Shown: positions 9,041 through 18,514 of the stretch, piece after piece
How the letters are laid out: every line of letters begins with the position of its first letter
Numbering within the stretch: the stretch's first letter is position 1
Assembly (NCBI RefSeq): GCF_000008645.1
Contig: NC_000916.1
Span: 570,001 to 602,000 of the forward strand
Reading direction: 5' to 3'
Length of the DNA stretch: 32,000 bases
DNA from: Methanothermobacter thermautotrophicus str. Delta H
GTDB taxonomy: Archaea; Methanobacteriota; Methanobacteria; Methanobacteriales; Methanothermobacteraceae
Program-made: the position numbers and the translations under genes
The notes under the pieces: model-generated
What the model saw: only the letters and a program-made list of their open reading frames with translations
What the model was told of the DNA's origin: nothing
Databases searched by the model: none

Positions 9041-9079
9041 GAGCTTCATAAGGACGCTGTACGTTGTCTCATGAAGCTC
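9041..9079. repeat. Second inverted repeat, 9-bp arms GAGCTTCAT / ATGAAGCTC with a 21-nt spacer
   Basis: The arms are 9041-9049 and 9071-9079, immediately after the first hairpin. Confidence 0.7.
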
Positions 9080-9245
9080 AAAATGTTACCCATCATAATA
9101 TGGGCACATTTTTCATGTTTTGCATTCGCCTTATTTAAAGCTTTATCAAAATCTCCTGTAGAGCAGCATGCATGCTAATCTTTTCCCTGGCTTGAAACAT
9201 CGATCTTATCGATGCTGTACTTCTCTTTGGAATATTCAACACCCC

Positions 9246-10769
9246 CTACAATACCCTGTATACAACGAAGTCCTGATTCTCATAGATTTTCTGAAGGTAG
9301 GGATACTCCAGATCGCTTATATTGATGCGGTTTGGGTTGTAGAATAGGAAACTGCTGGAGGCGTTGAATTTAAAATCTCCACTCGCTTTAAGTCTTTTAT
9401 CAAATACAAGATAACTGATTTCCCTTTCAGTCAGCTCATCCCTTGAAGGGATCTCAGATTTCTCATATAACAGGGAATCCACAGGTCTGTTTGTATATGC
9501 CATTACAAATCCCCCAGTGAAGTAATTTGATAGGGAGATCTTACCATCTTCATTTTGACTGTTGAACCATTTTGCAAGTTCAAATTCTGAATCAGTAGGA
9601 GGAGCAATGTTTATCCTTCCATAAGCAGTCATTGCACCGTAATCGGCTACCTTTGAGCTTGAAAGGTTGTTGAAGGCCTGGAAAACGGCAAATATGAAGA
9701 GGGCTATCAGGAGAATTCTTGCAATATCCTTATTTTTATTTTTGATTGCCTCCACGACGGATATCAAGCCTGAGGATGCCAGGATTGTGAGGGGAATCAT
9801 TATGTATATGAGTACCCTGTAGGTTATGACGTTAATTCCAAAGTAGTAGGACTTTGAGAGAATAAACATTGAAATTATCCATAAAAGTATGAGGCGATCC
9901 CTTAACTCAAATCTTCTGATGGCAGGTATGATGCCTGCGACAGCCAGTACCAGAACAAAATATCCAAGGGCATCGGGATATTTAAGGATACTGAGACTCC
10001 TGGAAACAGAAAGAGATGTGGCGACACCACCATGTCCAAGACTCTTAAAGTAAAATGCTGGTAGCCACCATACTGATGCAATTAATCCTGCTGTTCCAAT
10101 AAGGATGGCATACCCCTTCAAAGCCCTTTTTATAACTCCAGTGTCCCTTTCAAAGTAGAATTCAGTTATCACCAGACCCGCGGTGATGAATGTGATTGCA
10201 AAAACCAGACAGAATGTTGCGGCAGGATGTATAAGTGCGACCAAACCTGTTAAACATCCTGATATGAATGATGCTATAATTTTATCATCCTTAAAAAATT
10301 CATAGAAGAAGAAAATGCTCAGAGGAAGGAATATGAGAGCCATGTTCTCAGGCAGTGATGAACCAAGCCTCATGGCAATTGAGCCAGAGAAAAGGATTAA
10401 ACCAGCAAAGATGCCAACGTACTTATCTTCATATAACCTTGAAGCGACCACAGTAACTGATAAAGCAACCAGAGCTGCTAAAAATGGTTGCATTAGCCTT
10501 GCCACATCAAAGAGGTCCATTCTGAGAACATAACCTAAAACTAGAATTACTAGGTGAAAAACTGGGGGATAATTAATAATGGTTCCCGGAGCGTTGTATA
10601 TAGGGTCAAAAAATGTTAAACCATTTGCCATGTAAACCTTTGAAAGGTGAATATGATAGAATATATCCCACCCTATGGGCCAAGAATACTTAAGAGTCAC
10701 TGAAAGAGTTATTAAAAATATTATAATGGACGGTATGAGGTAAATAAATTTTTGATACAGATCTTTCAT
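9246..10769 (-). CDS. Large polytopic membrane protein with a C-terminal extracytoplasmic domain; GT-C-like (putative glycosyltransferase/polymer-assembly protein), function not established
   Basis: 507-aa ORF with a strong SD (AGGAGGAT, 5-nt spacer). More than 10 hydrophobic segments are followed by a soluble tail of about 120 aa. This resembles the architecture of PMT/ArnT/AglB-type GT-C enzymes, with acidic or aromatic residues in the first loop (WPIGWDIFYH...FFDP). AT-rich codon usage. Confidence 0.6.
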   Translation of the reverse strand: MKDLYQKFIYLIPSIIIFLITLSVTLKYSWPIGWDIFYHIHLSKVYMANGLTFFDPIYNAPGTIINYPPVFHLVILVLGYVLRMDLFDVARLMQPFLAALVALSVTVVASRLYEDKYVGIFAGLILFSGSIAMRLGSSLPENMALIFLPLSIFFFYEFFKDDKIIASFISGCLTGLVALIHPAATFCLVFAITFITAGLVITEFYFERDTGVIKRALKGYAILIGTAGLIASVWWLPAFYFKSLGHGGVATSLSVSRSLSILKYPDALGYFVLVLAVAGIIPAIRRFELRDRLILLWIISMFILSKSYYFGINVITYRVLIYIMIPLTILASSGLISVVEAIKNKNKDIARILLIALFIFAVFQAFNNLSSSKVADYGAMTAYGRINIAPPTDSEFELAKWFNSQNEDGKISLSNYFTGGFVMAYTNRPVDSLLYEKSEIPSRDELTEREISYLVFDKRLKASGDFKFNASSSFLFYNPNRINISDLEYPYLQKIYENQDFVVYRVL

Positions 10770-11057
10770 GGAACATCCTCCTATCGTGTCATGTACACCT
10801 TGTTAGGGCTATGTTCCACTTGAATTTAAGTTTTTTTCTGCATTCAAATTAGTCACAGAAAAACATCTGCAGAACCAAAGCGTGGTTACCACGGTAACAA
10901 TAAAAGATACTCCATAAGATTAAATAGGATGATGTTAATGACCTCATTATGATAGGAGCATGTAGAGTACTGGTATTCCTTAAAAAATGAGAAAATGTTA
11001 ACATGATGCTGCTCATGTCTGAAATTAAGTTCTGAAAAAGAACTTGGAGAGATAGAA

Positions 11058-11822
11058 ATGAAAATCGGTCGATTAACAATAATAGACATTTTGATAATCC
11101 TTTTCCTGGCCTCGCTAGTTTTATATGGCTTTTTCAAAACCTCAGACATCGATTCAAACATTCAATCATTCACATTCGATTCCTCTGAAATGACTAAGGT
11201 CCAGATAAAGTACAATGATCTTTACAGTAAGGGAAAAATCATAAACAGCAAAATCCATGGATTTAATTCCTTAAAGCAGAAGAGAGAAGAAATCTATGGT
11301 GAAGTTATATGGGTGGGAACCGTTAACGGAAAGGTGGAAGTCCTCCTTGACGTTAATGGAAAGAAAATTCTTGCCGGAGGATATGATGATAAATTTGCAG
11401 ATTATTACATTGATTCCATCACACTGGAAGCTGCAGGTAGTAAGAACGCCACTGACATCATTATAGAACCCCTTAAAATTAACAGAATGTCCGATTTAAT
11501 TCTGGATATTCCCGGGCTAAAATATGAGCTAACAACAAATATACCCATCAGCGATGTGGATGCATCCAGATTCCAGGAACTTACAAAGGAACTGTACAGC
11601 AGAGAAAGATACGTGCCGATCACATTAAATTCCCCTAACAGCAGGATAGAAGTATTTCAGGCCACACCCGAAGCCTTGAAGGTATCTGATGAAGTCCTCG
11701 GAGATCTAAATGGTCAGACAGATTTCATCACGATAAGGGTATACAACGCCAATGAGGACGTAATAGAGAAAATAAAAGGTAAGTACTCCGTCATAAAGGT
11801 CGTTAATCTCAACAACCTATAA
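11058..11822 (+). CDS. Hypothetical membrane-anchored extracytoplasmic protein
   Basis: 254-aa ORF with SD GGAGAG. It has a single N-terminal TM or signal anchor (LTIIDILIILFLASLVLYGFF) followed by a hydrophilic beta-rich domain. I recognise no family. Confidence 0.6.
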   Translation: MKIGRLTIIDILIILFLASLVLYGFFKTSDIDSNIQSFTFDSSEMTKVQIKYNDLYSKGKIINSKIHGFNSLKQKREEIYGEVIWVGTVNGKVEVLLDVNGKKILAGGYDDKFADYYIDSITLEAAGSKNATDIIIEPLKINRMSDLILDIPGLKYELTTNIPISDVDASRFQELTKELYSRERYVPITLNSPNSRIEVFQATPEALKVSDEVLGDLNGQTDFITIRVYNANEDVIEKIKGKYSVIKVVNLNNL

Positions 11823-11844
11823 AATTTTGAAGGTACCGATTATT

Positions 11845-13113
11845 ATGAGCCAGATTTATGATACAACAAGAAGACTGTGTAAAAGCTTTGAATGGAAGTT
11901 TAAGGAAGCATTTATCTTCAATTTACTCCTGGCCCTCTTCATGGGTATTGAAGAGAAATGGTTAAATAGCTTTATAAAGAGTATGTATCCTGGACATAAT
12001 TTTCTCAGCTCCCTCAAAAGGAGCAGGGTACTGAAAAACCATATCTTTTCACCTCCTTCATTTATCGTGTTCTTCTCAATGTTCATGGCCCTTGCTGCCA
12101 TTCCAGTCCAGAAAACATTACAGATCAATATACTGATCGGTTTTTCATGTTTTCTTCTTTTTTCAGTGATTATGCCAGGGGTGATTCTAAGGGGTGATAG
12201 GTACCTGAGATTCAGTATTGATGACATCAGATCAATGGGTTTCACTTTATTCATTATTGGATCTGCCTTTCTGGCCATAACACTAACAGACGTTGGTGGC
12301 ATCCCCCTCCTGAAACCTTCCCTCAGATACCTCCTCAATCCGAAGCTAACTATCCCGGTTTATCTTATGATTCCAGGGACAGCTTTCATGTTAGCTTACA
12401 TAACCGATAAGATGCAAAAAAGCGTTATAGACAGATCAACTGCAAGGTTCCGGGCCATTACTGTTTCACTGACCTGTCTTGTTATGCTGGCCCTCCTGGG
12501 ATACCGGACACCCCTGGTTGCTGTAATACTCATAACCTTTATCATGGGTTATTACAGTGGATTATTCGAAATATGGGAGGTCCTGGGATCCTTCGCGGTA
12601 GCCTTAATGATAATTATGGGCATAGGTTACTTCAGATCCGTTGAGGAGTACTCATTAAGCAACCTGGGTCCGCTTACAGTTCTAAAAATGAGGGCATCAT
12701 TTACAATGAGCATACTCAACAGATTATCCGCACTTGCAGGGATGACAGGTGTTATGCATGGTGATTTAACCCTCAGCATGATTCCAGGTGCAGGTAGTGG
12801 TCCGCGAGCATTGATAGGGAAGCTGGTCCTCTGGAGAACAGGTGTTACAATCACTCCAACCCTGTTCGGTCAGATGCTTGTGGAGTTTGGTACCATCGGA
12901 GTGGCATTCGGTATGAGCATCCTTGGTCTTATCCTGGGAATTGGATACAGGATAATGCAAAAAACACGAGATTCGTTTTATATCATGCTCTACTCAATCG
13001 TGATGGCATACTGTCTCATCTCAATCGAAACTGGAATCCTTGATCAGCTCGTGGTTATCTACATTTTATGTGCATTTATTATATACATCTACAACATATA
13101 CCTTAACATATGA
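11845..13113 (+). CDS. Polytopic membrane protein, Wzy/oligosaccharide-repeat-unit-polymerase-like (tentative)
   Basis: The track ORF is 11827..13113 (TTG); I prefer ATG 11845 (MSQIYDTT...). It has about 10-12 hydrophobic helices with one larger loop, and it starts 5-23 nt after the preceding gene. The assignment rests on architecture only. Confidence 0.55.
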   Translation: MSQIYDTTRRLCKSFEWKFKEAFIFNLLLALFMGIEEKWLNSFIKSMYPGHNFLSSLKRSRVLKNHIFSPPSFIVFFSMFMALAAIPVQKTLQINILIGFSCFLLFSVIMPGVILRGDRYLRFSIDDIRSMGFTLFIIGSAFLAITLTDVGGIPLLKPSLRYLLNPKLTIPVYLMIPGTAFMLAYITDKMQKSVIDRSTARFRAITVSLTCLVMLALLGYRTPLVAVILITFIMGYYSGLFEIWEVLGSFAVALMIIMGIGYFRSVEEYSLSNLGPLTVLKMRASFTMSILNRLSALAGMTGVMHGDLTLSMIPGAGSGPRALIGKLVLWRTGVTITPTLFGQMLVEFGTIGVAFGMSILGLILGIGYRIMQKTRDSFYIMLYSIVMAYCLISIETGILDQLVVIYILCAFIIYIYNIYLNI

Positions 13114-13117
13114 TTTT

Positions 13118-15619
13118 CTATGCCCCCCTACCTTTTTCAATGGCCCGCACAATCCCTGAACATTCCTTCAGGTACCTCCTCCTTTTAAATGCGCTGGCGA
13201 TCCTCCCTATGGATTCAAGGGCCCTGACGGTGGTATCAAGCCAGCTGAAGATATCCCCTGGGTAGGCCTGAATCTGGTATCTGGACAGAAGTCCCCTGCT
13301 TATCTCCACCGGGTCCCTGCCACTGATACGCTCTGCTATAATATGTTCAGATAATCTGCGCTGTATGCATCCACAGAATGGTCTGTCCCTACATTCACAG
13401 GATAGGAAATCCATCTGCAAATTGAGAACAGCCTCCTGAAGTTTACTGTCAAGCTTCACAAGGTTATCCCCATCTGAGAGTATGTCGAGGGTTGAATCCG
13501 CCATCAGATTCATTGAGAACCTTGCTCCAGCTGCCCTGCTGAGGGCACGGTGCAGCCTCCCTGATAGATATGCTCCCTCAAAGGGTTCGAGCTCCAGTGC
13601 TATGTCCAGGGGTCTCCTTGAAGCCCCCTTAAGGTGGCCCCTTATGTACTCGGCATCGGTCACACCTATGAATGACTTTGAGACTGCCACCCCATAACCG
13701 GTGGCGCGGAGTCCACCATCCCTGACTATCATGCCATGGGATTCAAGGATGTCAAGGGCTCCTTCAGGGTCCAGGGGCCATGAGGGGTCTGGAGAGATTT
13801 CAGATTCAGATTTTATAGCACCTGAGGTTATATCTGCCAGGATGTTCTCAAGGACATCCTCCTCTGTGTAATTTACATCCACAGGGTCAGGTCCGCTTTC
13901 AAGGAGTTTGAGCGCCATGGCCTCCTCTGACTCGCCATCAAACTCCATTCCAACCTCTGCAAGGACATATACAACGCCACGGTCATGGTAGGAGGGTCTG
14001 CCCGCCCTTCCAAGCATCTGTGCAAATTCGTTGGGCATGAGCCACCTGTTTCCCATGAGAAGCGTTTCAAAGACTACCTGTGATGCCGGGAAATCCACTC
14101 CAGCGGCAAGTGCGGCAGTTGTAACTATTGCTGCGAGTTCCTGTGATGCGAAGGCCCTTTCTATGCGCTGCCTTTCCCTGTAGGATAAACCTGCATGGTA
14201 GGCCGCCGCCCTCACACCCCTCCGTGTCAGATAATCTGCAATGAGCCTCGTCTTTCTACGGGAATTGGTGAAGACTATCGTCTGGCCCCGGAACCCCTTT
14301 TCTGATTCTGTGGAGAACTCCCTCTCAGCAAGCCTGAGTATGAGGTTCTTCTTATCCTCCTCCCCCCTGGAGAATACGAGGTGCCTCTCAAGGGGGACAG
14401 GTCTCCTGTCATACTCAACCAGTCTAAGCCCGAACTCAGAGGCCACCTCAAGGTTGTTCTTCACGGTTGCAGAGAGTGCGATTATCTGGGCATCAGGAAA
14501 GAGTCTTCTTATGCGCTTTATCATTCCCTTGAGCCTTGAACCCCTCTCCTCATCCTCAAGGGTGTGGATCTCATCAATGACAACCACACCAACATCCCCC
14601 AGGATGCCAGACCTCCCTGCCCTCAGGATGTAGTCCATCCCCTCATAGGTTCCGACCACTATATCGGCTTTGCTAACATCTGTCTCCGGAATTCTGAGTT
14701 CATCTCTTGCCCTTATGCGACTCATACCGACCTTTATGGCTGTTTTGAGTTTTAGGGGTGAGTACCTCCTTCTGAAGTCCCGGTACTTCTGGTTCGCAAG
14801 GGCCACCAGTGGCGTGAGGTATATGAATTTTTCACCACCCAGGGCCCTGGGTATGCCTGCAAGTTCAGCTATGAGGGTCTTTCCGCTAGCAGTTGCAGAT
14901 ACAACCATGAGGTCCTCCCCCTCCAGGAGCCCCGCATCCACTGCAAGGACCTGTACAGGTCTGAGAACCGTGTTACCCTCCCTTTTAAGCATCCTCTTAA
15001 ATTTTTCCGGTACTGCAAGTTTATCAAGAGGGACGCGGGGGGTCCTCTCTGATTCCGATGTCACGGTGTCATAGCGGGTCAGTTCATGGTTCTCGAGAGG
15101 GTCAAAGCGGGGGGACATCATCTCCAGTATCTTATCAAGGCTTACACCACGCCTTATAAGTCTCCTGAAGTTTCTGAATGTTGATCCGTCCATGCCTGCA
15201 AATTTAAGCTCCCTCTTTATGAGCTCATCAACGCATCTTGAACATATGATCTGACCTGCGTGCACCGTCGATGACCTTGAACTTACAACTGTCAGATAGC
15301 CCTCATGGAGGCAGTGCTGGCATACCCTTGCATACCTGTAGCTGATGCCGTAGGATGAGAGTAGATCCTCAATTTCCGGGTCACGTCCTGTTAAAATAAC
15401 AGCCTGCTTCTTCAGTATCTTAAGGGCCTCTGATGGTTTCCTGAGGGTTTCACGTTCACCCTTCTCAACCGTGAACCTTGATATCCTCGGTCCTGCTTCT
15501 GTGCTCCTGATTTTTAGTCTGCCCCAGTAAGCAGGTTTTCTGCGTGTGTTGAGGATCTTCTTTGGGTTTCCTGCCGGTATAAAATCAACGGACCTTTTCC
15601 TTCTGTTTAAAACTATCAT
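13118..15619 (-). CDS. Archaea-type superfamily 2 (DEAD/DEAH-like, DEIH) helicase with an N-terminal zinc ribbon and a C-terminal Cys cluster
   Basis: Helicase motifs are present: I SATASGKT, II VVIDEIH, III SAT, VI QMLGRAGRP. The N-terminal part has CQHC...CSRC and the C-terminal part has CECRDRPFCGC. The track start (15676) overlaps the upstream gene, so I use ATG 15619 (MIVLNRRKRS...). Confidence 0.85.
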   Translation of the reverse strand: MIVLNRRKRSVDFIPAGNPKKILNTRRKPAYWGRLKIRSTEAGPRISRFTVEKGERETLRKPSEALKILKKQAVILTGRDPEIEDLLSSYGISYRYARVCQHCLHEGYLTVVSSRSSTVHAGQIICSRCVDELIKRELKFAGMDGSTFRNFRRLIRRGVSLDKILEMMSPRFDPLENHELTRYDTVTSESERTPRVPLDKLAVPEKFKRMLKREGNTVLRPVQVLAVDAGLLEGEDLMVVSATASGKTLIAELAGIPRALGGEKFIYLTPLVALANQKYRDFRRRYSPLKLKTAIKVGMSRIRARDELRIPETDVSKADIVVGTYEGMDYILRAGRSGILGDVGVVVIDEIHTLEDEERGSRLKGMIKRIRRLFPDAQIIALSATVKNNLEVASEFGLRLVEYDRRPVPLERHLVFSRGEEDKKNLILRLAEREFSTESEKGFRGQTIVFTNSRRKTRLIADYLTRRGVRAAAYHAGLSYRERQRIERAFASQELAAIVTTAALAAGVDFPASQVVFETLLMGNRWLMPNEFAQMLGRAGRPSYHDRGVVYVLAEVGMEFDGESEEAMALKLLESGPDPVDVNYTEEDVLENILADITSGAIKSESEISPDPSWPLDPEGALDILESHGMIVRDGGLRATGYGVAVSKSFIGVTDAEYIRGHLKGASRRPLDIALELEPFEGAYLSGRLHRALSRAAGARFSMNLMADSTLDILSDGDNLVKLDSKLQEAVLNLQMDFLSCECRDRPFCGCIQRRLSEHIIAERISGRDPVEISRGLLSRYQIQAYPGDIFSWLDTTVRALESIGRIASAFKRRRYLKECSGIVRAIEKGRGA

Positions 15620-15629
15620 TATATCTCTC

Positions 15630-15644
15630 AAAAAAATTAAAAAA
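15630..15644 (-). terminator. T6-AA-T7 tract directly after the acyl-CoA synthetase stop
   Basis: The minus strand reads TGA-TTTTTTAATTTTTTT-GAGAGATATA-ATG (helicase). It could act as a terminator and/or an AT-rich promoter element for a near-leaderless helicase mRNA. Confidence 0.35.
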
Positions 15645-17291
15645 TCAGGGCTGCTCCTTCTTCTTGAGGAGCTCAACCGCCATCTCCCTCAATTTGAACT
15701 TCTGGACCTTCCCGCTTGCAGTGAGGGGGAACTCGTCCACAAAGAAGACGTGCTTTGGAACCTTGTATCTTGCTATTCTCTGGATGGCATAGTCCCTCAC
15801 GTCCTCCTCCAGGATATCTGCACCGTCCTCCCTTATGATGAAGGCTCCTACTATCTCCCCGTACTTCTCGTCGGGTATACCCACCACCTGCACGTCCTTT
15901 ACACCCGGCATTGTGTGGAGGAACTCCTCGATCTCCCTGGGGTAGATGTTCTCACCTCCCCTTATGATCATGTCCTTTATTCTGCCCACGATGGAGTAGT
16001 AGCCGTCCTCATCCATAACCGCCAGGTCACCGCTGTGGAGCCATCCATCCTCATCGATGGCCTCTGCTGTCATCTCAGGCATCTTGTAGTATCCCTTCAT
16101 GACGTTGTAGCCGCGGCAGCATATCTCACCGGGTTCTCCGGGTCCGAGTTCCTCTCCTGTTTCAGGGTCGACTATCTTGACCTCAATGTGGGGGAGGGGT
16201 GTCCCAACGGTCTCGACGCGCTTCTCGATGGGGTCGTCCACACTGGTCTGTGTGAAGACAGGTGATGCCTCTGTGAGGCCGTAGGCTATTGTGACCTCCT
16301 TCATGTTCATGTCATTCATGACACGCTTCATGGCCTCTATCGGGCAGGGTGACCCTGCCATGATACCCGTGCGCAGTGAGGAGAGGTCGAACATGTCAAA
16401 CATTGGGTGGGTGAACTCTGCTATGAACATTGTTGGAACTCCGTAGAGTGCGGTGCACCTCTCCTTTTCAACAGCTGCAAGGACGAGGAGGGGGTCGAAG
16501 AGCTCTATCATCACCAGTGTGCCCCCGTGGGTGAGGAGGGCAAGGACACCCAGGACTATGCCGAAGCAGTGAAAGAGGGGTACCGGCAGGCATAGCCTGT
16601 CCTCCTCTGTGAACCTCTGTCTTTCCCCTATGTAGTAACCGTTGTTGAGTATGTTCCTGTGGGTGAGCATTACCCCCTTGGGGAATCCTGTGGTGCCTGA
16701 GGTGTACTGCATGTTGATAACATCGGTGTTTTTGAGGGTTGACATCACCGTCCTTAGCTCGGTGTCAGGGACGTGTTTTCCGAGGAGCATCAGTTCATTG
16801 GTGTTGTACATACCCCTGTGCTTCTGAGCACCGATGTATATTACGCTTCGAAGTTCAGGGAACCTTTCACTCCTGAGGTGGCCCCTCTCATGGGTCTTGA
16901 GTTCAGGTACCAGTTCATAGAGTGTCTGTACATAGTCAACATCCCTGAAGCCGTCTATTATGGCTAGGGCCTTCATATCGGACTGTTTCATGACGTATTC
17001 CAGTTCATGACTCTTATATGCTGTGTTGACCGTTACAAGGACCGCCCCTATCTTTGCAGTTGCGAACAGGAAGGTGAGCCAGTCAGGTACATTGGTTGCC
17101 CAGATACCAACGTGGTCCCCCTTCCCGATGCCAATAGATAGGAGGCCCTTCGCAAGGAGGTTGACCCTTTCATTGAATTCTCTGTAGGTGAAACGCAGGT
17201 CCCTGTCGGGGTATACTATGAATTCCTTATCAGCGTACCTTTCAACCTGTTTCTCGAAGAATTCCCCTATTGTATCTTCAGTGAAAACCAT
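15645..17291 (-). CDS. AMP-forming acyl-CoA synthetase / acid-CoA ligase (ANL superfamily, FadD-like)
   Basis: 548 aa. The AMP-binding signature is [12 protein letters not shown], with later [19 protein letters not shown] and a C-terminal ...SGKVQK lysine motif. SD AGGGTGGAT. Confidence 0.9.
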   Translation of the reverse strand: MVFTEDTIGEFFEKQVERYADKEFIVYPDRDLRFTYREFNERVNLLAKGLLSIGIGKGDHVGIWATNVPDWLTFLFATAKIGAVLVTVNTAYKSHELEYVMKQSDMKALAIIDGFRDVDYVQTLYELVPELKTHERGHLRSERFPELRSVIYIGAQKHRGMYNTNELMLLGKHVPDTELRTVMSTLKNTDVINMQYTSGTTGFPKGVMLTHRNILNNGYYIGERQRFTEEDRLCLPVPLFHCFGIVLGVLALLTHGGTLVMIELFDPLLVLAAVEKERCTALYGVPTMFIAEFTHPMFDMFDLSSLRTGIMAGSPCPIEAMKRVMNDMNMKEVTIAYGLTEASPVFTQTSVDDPIEKRVETVGTPLPHIEVKIVDPETGEELGPGEPGEICCRGYNVMKGYYKMPEMTAEAIDEDGWLHSGDLAVMDEDGYYSIVGRIKDMIIRGGENIYPREIEEFLHTMPGVKDVQVVGIPDEKYGEIVGAFIIREDGADILEEDVRDYAIQRIARYKVPKHVFFVDEFPLTASGKVQKFKLREMAVELLKKKEQP

Positions 17292-17308
17292 AAATCCACC
17301 CTTATAAG

Positions 17309-17714
17309 TTAATCTTCCTCCACGAGGTGCTCCTCAAGCTGCTTCCTTATCTCGGGAGGTATAGGCTTCTTTCTCTGCTCTATGAAGTCATAGTGGACAA
17401 GGACGGCCTTGTTCCGGTGCCTTGAGTTCCCCATCCTGCCATGCCTCATGCCCTATTGTGAAGGAGGAGTTTCCGATGTGGGTTATGTAACTCCTTATCT
17501 CAACGTCACTTCCATAGTACATCTGGGCCAGGAAGTCGAACTCCGTCCTCACGAGTATGAGCTTCCACTTCTCATAGCTGAGGTCGAGGTCGGGCGTGAA
17601 CATCCTGAATATCGGGTTCCTGCCCTTTTCGAACCAGACCGCGAGAACTGTGTTGTTGACATGCCTGAGACCGTCTATATCCCCGAAGCGGGGTGTTACT
17701 GTGATTTTGAACAT
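17309..17714 (-). pseudogene. Hotdog-fold (4HBT/YbgC-like) acyl-CoA thioesterase with an apparent 1-nt frameshift near 17411-17420 (or a sequence error)
   Basis: Track ORF 17388..17714 ends ...GELKAPEQGRPCPL*. Shifting one base at GCACCGGAAC gives ...(N)[33 protein letters not shown], ending at TAA 17311-17309. That restores a typical 134-aa thioesterase. The N-terminus has RFGDIDGLRHVNN (catalytic Asp context). Confidence 0.7.
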
Positions 17715-17725
17715 TCTATCATCAA

Positions 17726-18298
17726 CTAGAATGGTGTGTAGACGACTGCAAGTATCCTTGCATTTTCCTCGCCGGCTGCATGGAGGTGGTGGGGTACCAC
17801 GGAGTCATAGTAGATGCTGTCACCCTCTGATAGAAGGTAGCGGTCCTGTCCATAGATAACCTCTATTTCACCCTCAAGGACGTATATGAACTCCTCACCC
17901 TCATGGGATGATAGTTTGAAGTCATCGGTGTGGAGTTCCACGTCGATTATGAAGGGTTCCATGTGCCTGTCACCTTTACCTGCGCCGAGGGAGTGGAAGC
18001 TGAGGTTGCTGGTGTCTGTCTTCTCCTCATAGCCTGAGAAGTGTATCACCCTCTGGGTTTTACCCTTCCTCACTATGACCGGTTCGTCCTGGACCCTGTC
18101 ATCAAGGAGGGTGCCGAGCCTCACACCAAGGGTTCTTGAGATCTTTATGAGGGGTGTGAGTGATGGTATAATGTCCCCTTCCTCTATTTTCTTTATGAGT
18201 TCCGCATTAACCCCGCTTCTTTCTGCGAGCTCATCTACTGTTATGTTCTGGTTATCTCTGAGCTGTTTTATTCTCTCTCCCACTGTGTTTTCCGGCAC
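17726..18298 (-). CDS. Transcriptional regulator, XRE-type HTH plus C-terminal cupin domain
   Basis: 190 aa. The HTH is GERIKQLRDNQNITVDELAERSGVNAELIKKIEEG and the cupin is GEEFIYVLEGEIEVIYGQDRYLLSEGDSIYYDSVVPHHL. GTG start preceded by AAGGTGATC. Confidence 0.9.
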   Translation of the reverse strand: MPENTVGERIKQLRDNQNITVDELAERSGVNAELIKKIEEGDIIPSLTPLIKISRTLGVRLGTLLDDRVQDEPVIVRKGKTQRVIHFSGYEEKTDTSNLSFHSLGAGKGDRHMEPFIIDVELHTDDFKLSSHEGEEFIYVLEGEIEVIYGQDRYLLSEGDSIYYDSVVPHHLHAAGEENARILAVVYTPF

Positions 18299-18514
18299 GT
18301 GATCACCTTAACATTATGGTAAGCTGTATCTATTATCTAAAATCTCAGTTTAAAAAAATTGCTGTTTAAAAATGTGCAGAGCATCAGCATATGCATGACG
18401 AACTGTTAAGTAATCTCCTAAATGATCTCCGGTTATCTGAAAATATGTCAATGTTCACATCCCTGCAGAGATGCAACCATTCCATGTAATATCTGAGGGG
18501 GTAATGGATTCGTA

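Noticed and set aside
8917-9079. Direct repeats considered as a mini CRISPR array.
   Set aside because: There are only two direct copies of 16-22 nt plus one inverted copy. There is no regular repeat-spacer periodicity and no cas genes in the window.
10884-10898. Palindrome GTTACC-AC-GGTAAC in the 288-bp divergent intergenic region, sharing GTTACC with the amt operator spacers.
   Set aside because: A 6-bp inverted repeat is expected by chance in this much AT/GC-mixed sequence. It has no flanking GGAA/TTCC half-sites. I kept it only as a note.
10849-11161. Two minus-strand ORFs (76 and 91 aa) in the divergent promoter region between the island genes.
   Set aside because: They overlap each other and the SD-led start of the 11058 gene. 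They sit in AT-rich promoter DNA, have odd composition, and show no SD.
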